This document shows, one piece after another, positions 26,665 through 39,619 of a DNA stretch of 64,000 nt. This DNA comes from Paraphysomonas bandaiensis. Lineage: Eukaryota > Protista > Chrysophyceae. The notes below the pieces were generated by a model, which did no database searches, had not been told where the DNA came from, and saw nothing but the letters and a program-made list of their open reading frames with translations. Both the position numbers and the translations under genes were made by a program. The stretch is taken from positions 248,001 through 312,000 of the forward strand of contig CBFFRP010000324.1 in NCBI GenBank assembly GCA_965644295.1. The letters are read 5' to 3'. Within the stretch, counting starts at the first letter, position 1; the number at the start of each line of letters is the position of its first letter.

Positions 26665-27155
26665 TCCCTCAACAAAGTCGGACTTGCACCTTTTCGTGGT
26701 GTTCTGGGGGATAAGTACCAGAGAGATTCTCTCTGGGAAACTAACGTGAGCCGCAAACATAGTCAGCAGATATTCTTCTGCCCACTCATAGTTGAATGCT
26801 TGTGTGGTACAACGGACACTAATAAGTGTCACTTGTGTAGACGTCTTTGGGCCCTGACGAATAAACAGACATCCGGGAATGGGCCCACCTCAAGGGCATC
26901 CGGGACAGGGCCCACCTGAAGGGCAACCGGGGTATTGGGCTGCCTGCAGAAGTCAAGCATCCGGGATGTTCCCCTTAAGAACTCAGAGCGGAAGTGGTCG
27001 CACAAGCAGCTTCCGTAGCGTTAAATAGTAGGATAAAAATAGTGTGTACTGATTAGTTACAGGTAGAGGTCTAACTAGTTTTTGTCTAGCATTCATCTAA
27101 CTACTAAGTTGGTGCAGGTTTTTAACGCCTATTGCTAATAACAAGACTTTCAATA
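26665..27155 (+). repeat. Dispersed roughly 490-bp non-coding repeat, probable solo LTR (full copy)
   Basis: CCCTCAACAAAGTCGGAC...AAGACTTTCAATA. Highly similar to 31362-31639 and to the reverse complement of 45321-45810. Confidence 0.9.
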
Positions 27156-27822
27156 TATATATAGAAGCATATCTGACAATGACGATCATTATGATGACAA
27201 TCAAATATGTACATATGCCATATGCACAACACATATTTCATTGAACATTATATTTCATATATACTATTAACTATTATTATATTACGATGAATTTGTATAA
27301 TGATAATTTTGGCTCTGCTGAAAGGCCCCACAAAGTTAGTTGTATTGAATATATACTTGGTCGATCGATACTGGGTGTTAAGCTGTCGGATCTGTAGCTT
27401 GCAAATGCAGCAGCAACGTTTCTTACATTTGCCAATTCGACGGTCCTACCCATAATAAAATTGATGAGTTATGTTATTATGAAGAGTTATTCAAGATTAA
27501 CAAATTATATAATTACTCAAGACACATAAGCATGAACAATATATATCAATATATATTGCGCGGCCAAATTTTGCTAAAATAGTAATAAAGTAATAAATAT
27601 ATTGTAGCAAGCAAAAACTAATAATTGCTATATTGCAATCCCATATATTTACACCTGGCTCTGCTTCAATGTGTCGTTCGTTGGTCGTCCAAAATATGAT
27701 TGAAGCCATTTTTATTACTATAGTATAGTATTGTAGTTTAGGTATTAGAATCAATTGCATGTGATCGCACATACAAAGCATAAAAAATTAGTGCATCCAC
27801 AAGGGTACGTTTAATGGCTTCC

Positions 27823-28517
27823 TTATCCTTGAGATACTGAAAAATCAAAAGTAACACAGGCTTCTTCGCCCACAACCCATCCATCGTGATTGGGAGGAAT
27901 GACGTATCCATCATCGGCCTTGATATCCACTTCAGCTTCGTCACGTACCACATGCACAACACCAGATGTACACACACCCACGTGACACTTACCGCATCGC
28001 TCTGTCCCCAAGACTGGCTTAATACACTCGGACCACTTCCACCCGGGCTGGTCAATTATTCTTGTGACGGATACTCCTGCACTGAGGTCGAGGGCAGCAA
28101 GATCGCATTTCTCGAACGTTTTGTTCGAATCAGGAGCGTCAAAGCTTTTTAACCCAAGCAGTGCCAGGTGATATTCCCTCAGCTCTGAACTCATACATAA
28201 CAGCAGAATTATCACCGTCCTGGAGGGATGACAAAACCATCTCCAGGTCCTATCTCGAATCCAGTGCCATCAGGAAACGACACAGCAAGTCGACCAGCAA
28301 TACATATGCCAACATGATAGTTTCCACATGATTCAGTTCCAACAACAGGTTTTATACACTCTGACCATTTCCATCCCGGATGGAATACAGTCTTTGATAC
28401 AGTAACACCATTGCCAAGATCTAGTGTGTCTAACTGACACTTCTCAGGGTTCTTACTTGAATCAGGAGTTCCAAAACTCTTCTGTAATAAGTTTGTGTGA
28501 CTGTTACCAGCTCCCAT
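27823..28517 (-). pseudogene. Bacterial-type tandem cupin (bicupin) gene, broken by two apparent frameshifts
   Basis: Two homologous units KSF..PD...PGWKWSECIKPV.GTE.C...HVG.C..G...G.VIPP; the second ends HDGWVVGEEACVTFDF. The missing tail of unit 1 (DGDNSAVMYEF) lies in a third frame at about 28190-28219. Confidence 0.75.
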
Positions 28518-29045
28518 GTGTATGTATATGTGTATGTGTTCCCATATGGTGCTATCATCACATGAACAGTCATAACATTCGAAGAGTGAACTCGAGTATC
28601 TTTCTCACGCCCTCCAGCCCCGGAGAATCCCATAAAATCCCACCAAAGTATCCGTATATGTATATATATGGCCCCAATATGTGATGAAGAAGCAGGAATA
28701 GATGTAATGAATCTACATGCATATCTGGATACTGATACAGTGCAACATACTTATGATACACATATAGACACCATACTGTAGATAACATTGAAAAGTCATC
28801 GTTTTTTCAGTGAAAAGTGAAAAAAAGTGACTTTTTCACATATAACATACAGCAGTATGTATATCAGGAGACACTGGCTGTATTCTATGTATTCTATGTA
28901 TTCTGTGTTAGGATATGATGTGTGTGAAGGCAGAATCTTTTCTCAGATGTATGTGTATGTATAGCTATCTATATATGTGTGTGTATGTATATATGTGTGT
29001 GTATGTATGTGTGTATGGATCGTATCACAATTATCAGTCATACAA

Positions 29046-30189
29046 ATGAGCTCCAAAGTTTCAGGTACCTCCGACACTGATGGCCCACCATCAGGCATAT
29101 CTCCATCAGGCGAATTCATTCGCGGTATAAGTACATGCAGAGAATGGATCGGACCTGACAGTATCCACATAGCAGAGACTGATCGCTACCATCTCTATGT
29201 AGGCATTAACTGTCCTTGGTGTCATCGTGTTATACTCGCTCGAGCTGTACTTGGACTACAGAGCAGTATTACGATGGATGTATGTTTCCCTAGCAGGACG
29301 GATGAACCGGACGATAAAGGCAGGGTGGGACTCTGGCAATTTGCACCGAATGGAATTACATGCAGGAACAACAGACACACAACCTTCCCTGAATGCACTT
29401 CTGATACTGTGTTTGGCAAGAGCACTATTGTTGAGATATATGACGATTTGGGGATTGAACAGAAATCTGTCCCTATTCTCCTGGACAAGAAGACTCGCAC
29501 TATTGTGAGTAACGAGTCTGCCGATATTGTGCGAATGCTGTCGGAAAATGCCCGGGCGTTGGGATCATCCCTATCTACCGTACCGGACCTTTACCCCACT
29601 GCTCTACAGAAAACCATAGATGAATCCAATGAGTGGATTTATCATACTATCAATAATGGTGCATACAAAGCTGGATTTACAGGGTCACAGGATGCTTATG
29701 AAGATGCCTATGAGAAATACTTTTCCTCTCTTGATCGACTGAATGTTCTCTTCGCCACACAGCAGTTTGTCGCGGGCGACGTAGTCACTGAAGCGGATAT
29801 TCGTTTATTTCCAACAGTAAGTCTTACTTCTCAAATAATGCCGATTATGATACTCTTTATAACCATAGCTCTTCCGGCACGACCCGGTATACTACTCCCG
29901 CTTCAAGTTATCGCGGGCAAAGCTATTCGAGTACCCACATATTTGGCGTTGGATGGGGACCATGATTGCATCGGTACCAGGGGTGCAAGAGTGCGCGACC
30001 AAGTCAATACTTCAACACTGTAAGCAGGTAGAGGCTTTTATATTTTCTTTCGGATTTCACTAATGCCCACAGGGATACTTTGGTAGAACAGGTAGTAATA
30101 CTATTCCTGTCGGACCGGAGGGCTATCCAGAATGCATCACGGATGGGACCGATATGACTCAATCTAAGAGACCAAGAATTGATACCTGA
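29046..30189 (+). CDS. Glutathionyl-hydroquinone reductase (Xi-class GST, YqjG/ECM4 family)
   Basis: RYHLYVGINCPWCHR, SVPILLDKKTRTIVSNESADIVRM, INNGAYKAGF, TEADIRLFPT/LFRHDPVY; introns at about 29817-29868 and 30028-30071. Confidence 0.93.
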
Positions 30190-31361
30190 TCAAGGTAGTC
30201 TTGTTTCGCTATTTCAAGGAACCTGAATGATTCTAAACCTGTGAGGAGATTTTATAAATTATAACATATTATTTCATTTTTGAGTAGAAGCACATGTAGA
30301 TAATAATGCCTTTTGAATAATTAAATATGGAAATATTTTATGACCGTCGCTCACCACTGAACCAACGAGTGATTTATGTATTATTAGTCTAACTTTGAAT
30401 AGCAGACAGGCATCACACATTGTCGTTTTTTAACCCCGAGGAAAGATATACAGTCATAAGTATTCGTTTCAGAATTTAATTTTATTTACTATTTCAGCTG
30501 ACTACACTTCATTTATATCGTTCACTGAAGCCTCATCTATAATATATAACACGTACTGGCTACAAGAAATATATAATATATACCACTCGCACATGTTGAC
30601 TTGCAGGAACTAGTGTGCATTAAGCTTGTGTAACAACTAATTGGTGAGATGTATCGCTCCAGTAACAATAATAATTGCAATTAATTACGAAGCATCCAAT
30701 TTTTTCTTTCTCGAAACACTTTATGAACTGCAATCTTGTCATCCCAAAGATGCCTATATATGAACGCAAAAGCATCAACATTATAATTTTGAGGTGTCTA
30801 GGTGTCACTCGTTTTTGAAAATCAGTCAGGTAGTGCTTTATCCAACGAAAATATCATATTGAGAGTTAAGTGCGTTCTTTCTTGTGCTTCTCGGTGTATT
30901 TAAGTAAACGAATGGTCTCTTATTTCTCTTAATCCAATTCACCTTCGTCTGCAGGTATATTTACCAAAAATCGTCACACCTGTGCTTTTTTAGAGCAGTT
31001 CAGTTCTTCTTCTTGAGTGCTGCTTTCTTTAAATCTTCATTTTGAACAATGTCCGCGTGTGTACCCAGGTGGAGTTCTTTCCCAGCACGACATCAAGTAG
31101 TACCCGGATATCAATATCAGATCAATATGTTCTTCATCTGATCGTAAAAGTTTACAGACAACTTAAAATCTCTCTAAATGAGTCAAAAGCACTCCTGTCC
31201 TGGAATGATCCACGTCGTTTGGGATTAATCAAAAATATCAACATTAAAATTATAGTGCAAATAGTGGTCCCCAACGGATACATAACATTTTGAAGCCATT
31301 AAATATCTGCAATCAGCTTTCGCTATGCATCACGACGGTTGCTGTTGGGGTGCTCAGTTTG

Positions 31362-31639
31362 TTCCCTCAACAAAGTCGGACTTGCACCTTTTCGTGGTGT
31401 TCTGGGGATAAGTACCGGAGAAATTATCTCTGGGAAACTAACGTGAGCCACAAACATAGACAACAGATATTTTTCTGCCCACTCATAGACAAATGCTTAT
31501 GTGATCTAAGGGACACTAATTAGTGTGACTTGTGAAGACGTCTTCGTGGCCTGACGAATAAACAGGCATCCGGGAATGGGCCCACCTCAAGGGTATCCGT
31601 GACAGGGCTGCCTGCTGAAGTCAAGCATCCGGGATATTC
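31362..31639 (+). repeat. 3'-truncated copy of the solo-LTR-like family
   Basis: Matches 26665-26970 from CCCTCAACAAAGTCGGAC to AAGTCAAGCATCCGGGAT. Confidence 0.9.
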
Positions 31640-31963
31640 ACTATTCACCGTAAGGACACAAAAAAACCTGCAGTTAGCAAATGTCAGGTATATCAATTAA
31701 CTGATTAATCTGGTGTTCACCATAATTTAATATTTTTTCCACTATATATATTGCAATATACAATATAATACTTTCACTCCCACATCAGCACTGCTGTATA
31801 TTGTATACTGCTTCTGATCATAGCAATGTAACAGCGGATAAACAAAATGTCAATGACCACAAATAAGAGAGATCGTATTTAAATTAAGGAAAAAGTGGAT
31901 GCACTCATGAACCTATTACTTTGAACCAACACGATACACCTAAATATCAATCATAGTTCGGCA

Positions 31964-34900
31964 CTAATATAGAAGCCCAAATGCAATTCTAATAGCTTGA
32001 GCCGCTCTATTGGACGAAGCTCGATTTAGAGCAGCGTCTGTGACTGACAGTCTACTAAAGTCACTGGGAGAAAACGCAATGGATATCGTCTCTATGAAAG
32101 CCCTGTCGAACACAGACCCCTGAGGAAAAACAACACTTAAAAAATAAAGTATACATTGCCCGTACAAACCTTTGACAAGCCTGAAGGAAGTTCTGTCGAA
32201 TACTGAGTCAGATCTGAATTGAACTGATGAACTAAAAACAAATAACTTAAATATAACTGTCTAGCTAGTGTACCGCTAAAACATGTCAAAATAGAGGAGA
32301 GTGAGGATATTTGTGTAAGCCCACTTGCAATACTGGTGAGTGAACCATCTATGCCAGCAACAATTTCTGCGGCGCTCCGAATGTCCCCTTCAGTGGCACC
32401 AGGAAACACATCAGCCGCAGGCAAAGGCAGGCCAACGCTTTCCCCATGAACTAAGCGTTTGACTCGTGACACAACGGTGCATTCTCGCCAGCCCACTGCC
32501 AAAGGTCCTGCCCATGGGAGAGACACCCCAGCATCACCTAAGCTATCCACGAGATCAATAGAATGCCCTTGAATAAAGATACCGGCAGGCAAGTGAAATC
32601 TAGAGGAGTACCACAAAAGATTCCAGTAGGCAGTAGGACACGTCTCGTAGAGCCATTGGGCGTCAGTTACCATCATCCCGTGTTCTTCAACAATGTGTTC
32701 AAACATAAAACGCAAACCGAAAGGGCTTATATGTTGTACCATCTGCTCCCAAATTACTTCCACAGGCTCCTCGGGCGGCACTTCACCTGATTCTAGTCTT
32801 TTGCCTGAGGATATGACTCTGTACTGCTTCACATGGAGAATAGGCACAATATTCCCACCACACTCTGGGCAAGTTATTTCATGTGCCACAAGAATATTTT
32901 CAGTCATGCAACTTCCAATTTCACTAAACCCGGCCCATGCGGCCATTACTTCATCATCTAGCAGCACGAACCCACACAACTCACAGGGTGAGGCAGAAAA
33001 CATTCCCAATCCGGTATCTGGAGGAACCCCATTCAGTAAGCGAGACTGCAACTCCACGATGTGGTCTGCATACTGCTTCTCGGTGTCCATACCTAATATA
33101 CAGCTCGCTTCACTCGAAATTGATCCTTCTTTCACCTTGTCTCGGTTAAACTCTTCGGGTATCGTCGATATATGATTCTTTTCTATATCACTAGAGCAGG
33201 TGGCAGAAGCATCATCATCTTGCGCGTTTTCAGCGGACGGCACCTCTTGACGAGTACCATGTCGCGCGATTTCAGCGGATGGTACCTCTTGACAAGTCTC
33301 AATAATCGCAGAATCGTCGTAACTCTGTTGTATACTCTCACTGCTTTCACTATCGTCGCTTTCGTTTTCCTGTTTCTTGCCATTAGGAGAATTAAATAGT
33401 AATGGATGGCTGGTGACAGACTCCCGCCTACCGGGAGCGACTTCGTCCTTTCCTTTTTCTGAACGAAGCTCAGCAGAGTCAACAGGAGAAATACAATCAG
33501 TGATGGTTTTGTCTACTTGTTCATGCTCGTCAATATGTAGAGAAACTCCATCGTCGACAACTTCGTCGGTGCATGCCTTCAATGTGGACCCAACCTCGTC
33601 ATTCGGATCTGTAGAATAATATTCAGCATTGACTTTGTCATCTGGACTACATGAACCATTATCCACATGCTGTGGTTGTTGCTCCGGTAAATCAGCATCT
33701 GACCTGCTGCTCATCCTGCGACGAGTGGCTGATAACATACCCTTAATTGATCGGCGCTTGCTAGCTTTCGGAGTACCCGGGGATGGCGGAGAAAAAACTT
33801 CACCCCCATTCGAGTCAGTAGACACATTGGACACGTTTTCACGACTTATTCTGCGGCGAATTCGCATTCCAATACTGCTACCATGCTTACTGCGCTCAGA
33901 TGAATCTATCGTGTTGTCGTCATACGTAGATTGTTCACTCTCTCCTGTCAAAAGAGCGAACGATTTTCGCCATCGGGAACTCTTTTTTTTCTCATCATCA
34001 TCAAATAGAGGGAGCTCTCCGCTACTTTTTGATGAGGTGTCTGTGTTCTGCGCGGAAATAACTTGAGGTTGGTTTTGTGATGATTCCGATGGCAACGTTC
34101 GCAAGGACGGTGTCAGTGAGTCCAGTTTTCCTGAGGAAATTGCAGGGGAGTCAGATGCGGCGGAGTCGGACTGCGTCGCCTCTCCCTCTTCACTGTCGGA
34201 AAACTCACCAGAATCCTGGACAGTAACCGGCAACCTGTCCCGTTCGTCGATTAATTCCGCTATAGCTCGCGGAGGAGGTGTGAGGGACCGTGAGCTTTCT
34301 ATTGACTCACTTTTCAATACTCTAGGCTTGTAAAGGCCAAAACTTAGCTTACTTTTCCAATCCCACCCAGCTTTAGAACTTTCAGCGACCTTGTTGGGTC
34401 CATCGAAGAGATCACTGGTGAGGGGTTGATATATTAGATCGGCATCCTTCGTTGCTGGAGTTCGAGGTTCCACATCCAGACTGTCACGTGTGTTTTGCTT
34501 CTTTATAGCCGAGCCTTCATCTGGCCCAGAAAAGGAAAGTCGCAACACAAGCAAGAGATCCAACTCACTGTCGCTGGTGGAGTTCTTCAGAGTTATCCAG
34601 TGCTTGCTGAGGTCGATTGGATTTCCATCCAACGCCATACTTCCCATACCCAGTGACTGGTCAAACGCAAAGCATCCTCCTTCTCTGTCTCTGGAAAAAT
34701 CCCCAAAGGCTTCAACAGTAAGTGTTGTGGAGCTAGATATGAATGAGTAAAATGTTACATATTCAAGCTCTTCTAGTAAATGAAGGTCACTGTTGTAGCT
34801 ATCTTTGACAATCTTTACGCCGGGCTGGGTCTTTAGACGAAGTGAATCGTCTGAAGATAGCCACACTCTCACATATATGTTACGAGTGAATACACCCTCA

Positions 34901-37900
34901 ACCCCGTCCTTCGGCAGTTGAAGACCTTTTACAGCTACTGCAGCGACCTCCAATTTTCCTGTGCTTTCAGTATAAGCAACAAAATCATATGGGATAGTGA
35001 ACATAACCTTTAATTGGGGCGGCGACAACTGTCTTCGCATGGTCCTTTTCTCCCACTGGGAGCACAGTCAATATTTTGTCACTACTTTCCTGGGACCGAA
35101 CTCGATTATACAACTCTCGCAACTCTCCCACCCTCTCCGTAATCAGGCTGTCTGAGTAACGCACTGGCTCCCAGGTATCCGCGCTTTCATGTGCGAGTTC
35201 TAACACCCTTACAGCAGTGGGAAGAGATTCGTATCTATGGGGTTTCCTCATAGAAAATGGCGAAGAGCTTCGGTCTAGTCCCAGCACCTTTGCGAGGTCG
35301 ATGCTTGCAGTAGAAGCATTCACTGACATTCGACGCGCGCGAGGCCCTATCAACTCCATAGATGCCTTCTTCTTTCCACGTAGCATACCCCAAAGTGAGC
35401 CTGGGACAGACCTTGGAGGACTGGGGGATACAGATTGCGGAGTTAGCTGAGCACTGCTTGCTCCCGATGTTCGTACTGGAGTCGATGGAGTGCTCCCACT
35501 TGGACTATCTGTGATGGACTCAATATCATCGTCGAATGGAATCGATTTCTGAGAGTACCAACTAAGTCCGATCTGCTCCAAGTGAAAATACGGGTCCCAA
35601 TAAGTTTCTCGAGCCACAGCGCTCGACACCCCTTTCTTTGACATTCTGGAAAAGCTTTTGCAATATATTCCGTACGAAAGAACATCGGGGTCTATCCCAG
35701 CAGACTTCATCGTGCTATATACAATACATGTCGCCTTATGACTGAAATCTTGCTCTTCGATGGCACCACACGCCACCAGGAGTCCCCTCCATATAGTATC
35801 ATCCACGAGAGAGAGTAGCTTGAGTGAGTCAAGGTGGGCAAGCACCCCGAAGGCCTGAAGCACTGACCCAATAGAGTTTACTTTTCGGCTGGAGCGCAGT
35901 GAGAGCATCAAGAGAGAGGTTGAGAATAAGTCCATCACCATTCCCGTCGCCGCCTTGGACTCCGTGTACAAGTTCATATTCACTTTGCGTACCAGACATC
36001 CACTATCTTGGTAGCAAAGCCGTAGGATCGGCGGTCTAACAAAAAACTGGCACCGCGGGTCCACATGTTCAATGGACCTTTCCCTTAATTGCTTTAAATC
36101 GTGGAGTCCCTTTTTCACTATATCCTCCTCCACGCCATCCAACAGTGTGGCATCCAAATTGGGCCACCCTGACTGATAACGAAACTTAACTTCATCGTCG
36201 CTGTCCTCATCCTCCTCCTTTTCACGAAGCGGTCCTGGAATTATTAGTGCACCCTTTGATTTATCGTCCAGGTGCAAATCGACGTGGCTACGAAGTTCAC
36301 TTCTGTTGCCCAAAGACAACTTGGAATTAGTGTGGGTAGTTGGCATTCCATTCGTGCTCACGCTATCACTCAGTGTCCCCACAGAGGAAGAAGACGCGGT
36401 CATAAGGTTCATCCGACGCCGCTGGAGGTGCTCGTCCACTTGGGTTGGAACAACATTCCTAGAAGAGGGAAATGCAGTTGAGAGCAGGGCAAGTTTTTCC
36501 ACATGTTCTAACAACGGGGTATCCATATCAATGTCATATCCTGTCACAGGGGCTTTCGTGGCTGTAGCGAGTGACTGTGGCAAGCGACGGTCCGTTGGGA
36601 GGGCACTCAACCCAAGTTCTTTAAGTGTATTGAGCGCTTGGTCGAAGAAGACAAGAGGGAATGAGGGGTCTTCCGTACGTTCCTGAATCAAGTACGCAAA
36701 CATCTGGGTGTCCATCATTGCCTTCAAAAGAGGCTTCACGGACTTATCTGCATCACGAATATATTCCTGCATATTATAAGGTAAAACTATGGCGGGCGCA
36801 TATGCAACAATGCCTACCTCAATCATGAACTGCTCCGCGAAGCTCCGACTGAAGCAGTTGCCTGGGACAGATGGTACGGGCGGTCGTATGTACTTCGACA
36901 CATCCCCAAGCAAATCACACATAAACGAAAGAAACGCATCTCTCACCCAGAAAGTAGGGAAGTCAGACCATTTCCTACCAGCAGGCAGAGAGTCTCCTTC
37001 GAATGATTTGTATTCAAATGCACTATCAAACTCTGCTAGACCGAAGCTATCGAACTTCTGCGGGCACAATAGAAATTTTTTCGCAATTATTTGTAATTTG
37101 GAATGAAGCTTTCGTCCAGGTCCACTGGGAAGCATTTTCACCAGCTGCTGCACCTTTGATGCGGAAAGCGGCTCTGCTCGAACCCCATCGTGGTATCTAA
37201 TCTTGTTCTCAGTGAGATCTACAATGTAAGTACCTGGTTGCAGAGAATGCATCAGAGCGGTACCAATCACACTGCGCGGTATTCCCTGCCCAGTACCGCT
37301 TGGCAAGGAATGTTCAGAATCTCTATCTGTCGTGTTATTGTCACTCATTTTGTCAGCAATATGCATTCCTATCATGAATCCACCCGGAGCCTGCAACACC
37401 CCAGAGAGAGAGTCCGGCAGTCGCGTGATAAAACAGGAAGACCACGTCAATGGGAACAAAAGAGAACGGAAGGTTTCCATGACTTCCGTCAATAAGGCAT
37501 TAGAAGAACAAACAAAAGCAACCTTGGACTCTCTCAAAAGAAGACAAAAAACCGCTAGTAAATGTTCAGCAGAGAGACATCGCATTGGCCCGGCAAAGTC
37601 AAGATCCATTGGGGGCAGAAAATATCTCGACGGCAAATCAAAACATATTGGCGCCATTGCTCGAGAAGATTCAGATATGAGGGCAGCATCCAGAACAACG
37701 TGAAAAGGTCGCCCTCCAGGAACTGGAAGAGGTACCTGGGCCACCACAGATGCAATGAAGTGCTCAAGAGGGCAGTGGGAAGGAGAGAGAGAAAGAGAGT
37801 ATAACTGTTTCAGATATCGGCCCATAGCCCTATCACGCAATCACACGAGTCAAAAATAAAAAACTTGTAAACATTATATGATGACAAATCATAAATACGT

Positions 37901-39061
37901 TAACGACTAACAAATAGTAAGGATAATGTTACCTGTAGAATGGAAACTGGGATACCACACAAATGACTTTGGGTGCAAAAAATTCCATGCCTTCCTCGCA
38001 GGACAGACTATGTTCACTACCAAATACTTCAGACAGCACCGCTGCAACTTCGGCCTTGTCTAAAAGCTCGTAGAACCTAAGGCATGTAGTATACAGATGT
38101 CGCCCCTTAACATCAGTGAATACAAAAGTAAAGAAGTCCGGTATTGGGAAGTTGAGCTTGGGACTGTACTTGAGTCGTAGATCATGGGGAAATACAAACA
38201 TTGGAAGCTCCACCACGGGGAGTGCTAGCCCGTCGTGGTCATGTTGTGGATAACGATCAAGAGTGTATGCCTCGTACTGCATATCACAGAGACCAAGTGG
38301 GGTGCGTCGATGGTAACTGACCACCACTTTGTGAGGGTGTTGTGTCCCAGACCCACCCATTTTCGGACTGAGAGGTTTATCAATTACCTCATATTCCCTC
38401 GGCGCCTCCTCGCCCATTGTTAGATCAGCTAGAACGATATCATCAATAAGTGGTTGTCCATGAATGAACGCTGAACCTCCGGTCTCCGCTCGGCGAATAG
38501 CGAGGCGAGTGCTAGCATATGGGAACATATCCGTAACACGATCACAGGACAAGGACTTGCTTAACACTTCGTACCCATCAGGCACAGAATCACCTCTATG
38601 CAGTACTATTATCTAGATATAGACCATTAGCTTTTGATATATATGTATACGTATGCTAAACCTCGCAAATATGATCCAGGCGCTTTGATTGGCGCCGTCG
38701 CCGAACTGCCAGAAGTGATATCCCTCGTGACGGATCACCAGGGTTACAGTTAGCCAGGTCACCATCAACAGTGTACTTGACCAGCTCCCAGTCCACACCA
38801 TCAGTAGATACTATAGGGGGTGATCCACATTCGTCATCGACCGGTATTGATGCCTCGTCGTCTGTGAAATCATTTAGTGGAGTGCATAATTAATGGGAAA
38901 TCTATACCAAAATATATCACTGTAATATCTGTAATCGCATCAAGCCATATCTCTGAGGGTGGGACTGTGGATTCACTTGTTGCAGAGGGCATAGACTTGC
39001 AAGATAGTTCACCCGGTCGTCTTCCCAATGTAGCAAAATAATCAATGGCATAACTTGACAT
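31964..39061 (-). CDS. DENND4: DENND4-like Rab GEF (MABP, uDENN/cDENN/dDENN, PPR-like, C2-like, C-terminal Cys module)
   Basis: IDYFATLG and AITDITVI at the N-terminus; PDGYEVL (MABP); LDRYPQHDH...LPMFVFP...FFTFVFTD..G..LY..CLRFYE; PKVIC.VSQFPF; LLFPLTW; TQMFAYLIQER; GIDPDVLSYG; CELCGFVLLDDEVMAAW...CPECG; YWNLLWY. Several GT-AG introns link the ORFs. Confidence 0.88.
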
Positions 39062-39619
39062 GATATGAATATACGACTATGACTATATAAACAACACTAC
39101 AGCTCAATCATAATGATAATTATAGTTGAATAGACGGTAACTGTGAGGATACTAATCTCACTCGGAAAGTACATTCATGATTCAGTCGATAGATGGGGCA
39201 TATATTTGTTTTTAAATATATTCAGCTCTGTGTACGTGTATGTGTATGTGTATATATAGTACATCTTGTTATGTAGAGGTGTGTGTACATGTATGTATAG
39301 TATGTATAGGATATACTGCCTACCTGTATGTACAGAGTGTGTATACCCCGTATATGTGTTCTCGCATATATATAGTGCTCTACTCTAAGGGTGGGTCTTA
39401 TTTAGGAATACTGAATTTCTGAATACTGAATACTGAAAATTCAGTGATTTTGGTTTTCAGGGGTGAAATTCAGTGGTAGACGCAGTGTCTTATTAGTGAT
39501 CACTGAATATGATAACTGAAATCTCTTTTTTTTCGAAATTTGAATACACAATTCCATGAATGCATATATATCACATCTGAACACAACATTAAGACCTGAT
39601 ATCACCCATTTCCGTTGGT

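Noticed and set aside
30620-31300. Coding-like minus-strand remnants next to the truncated repeat copy
   Set aside because: Multiple stops and no recognisable family.
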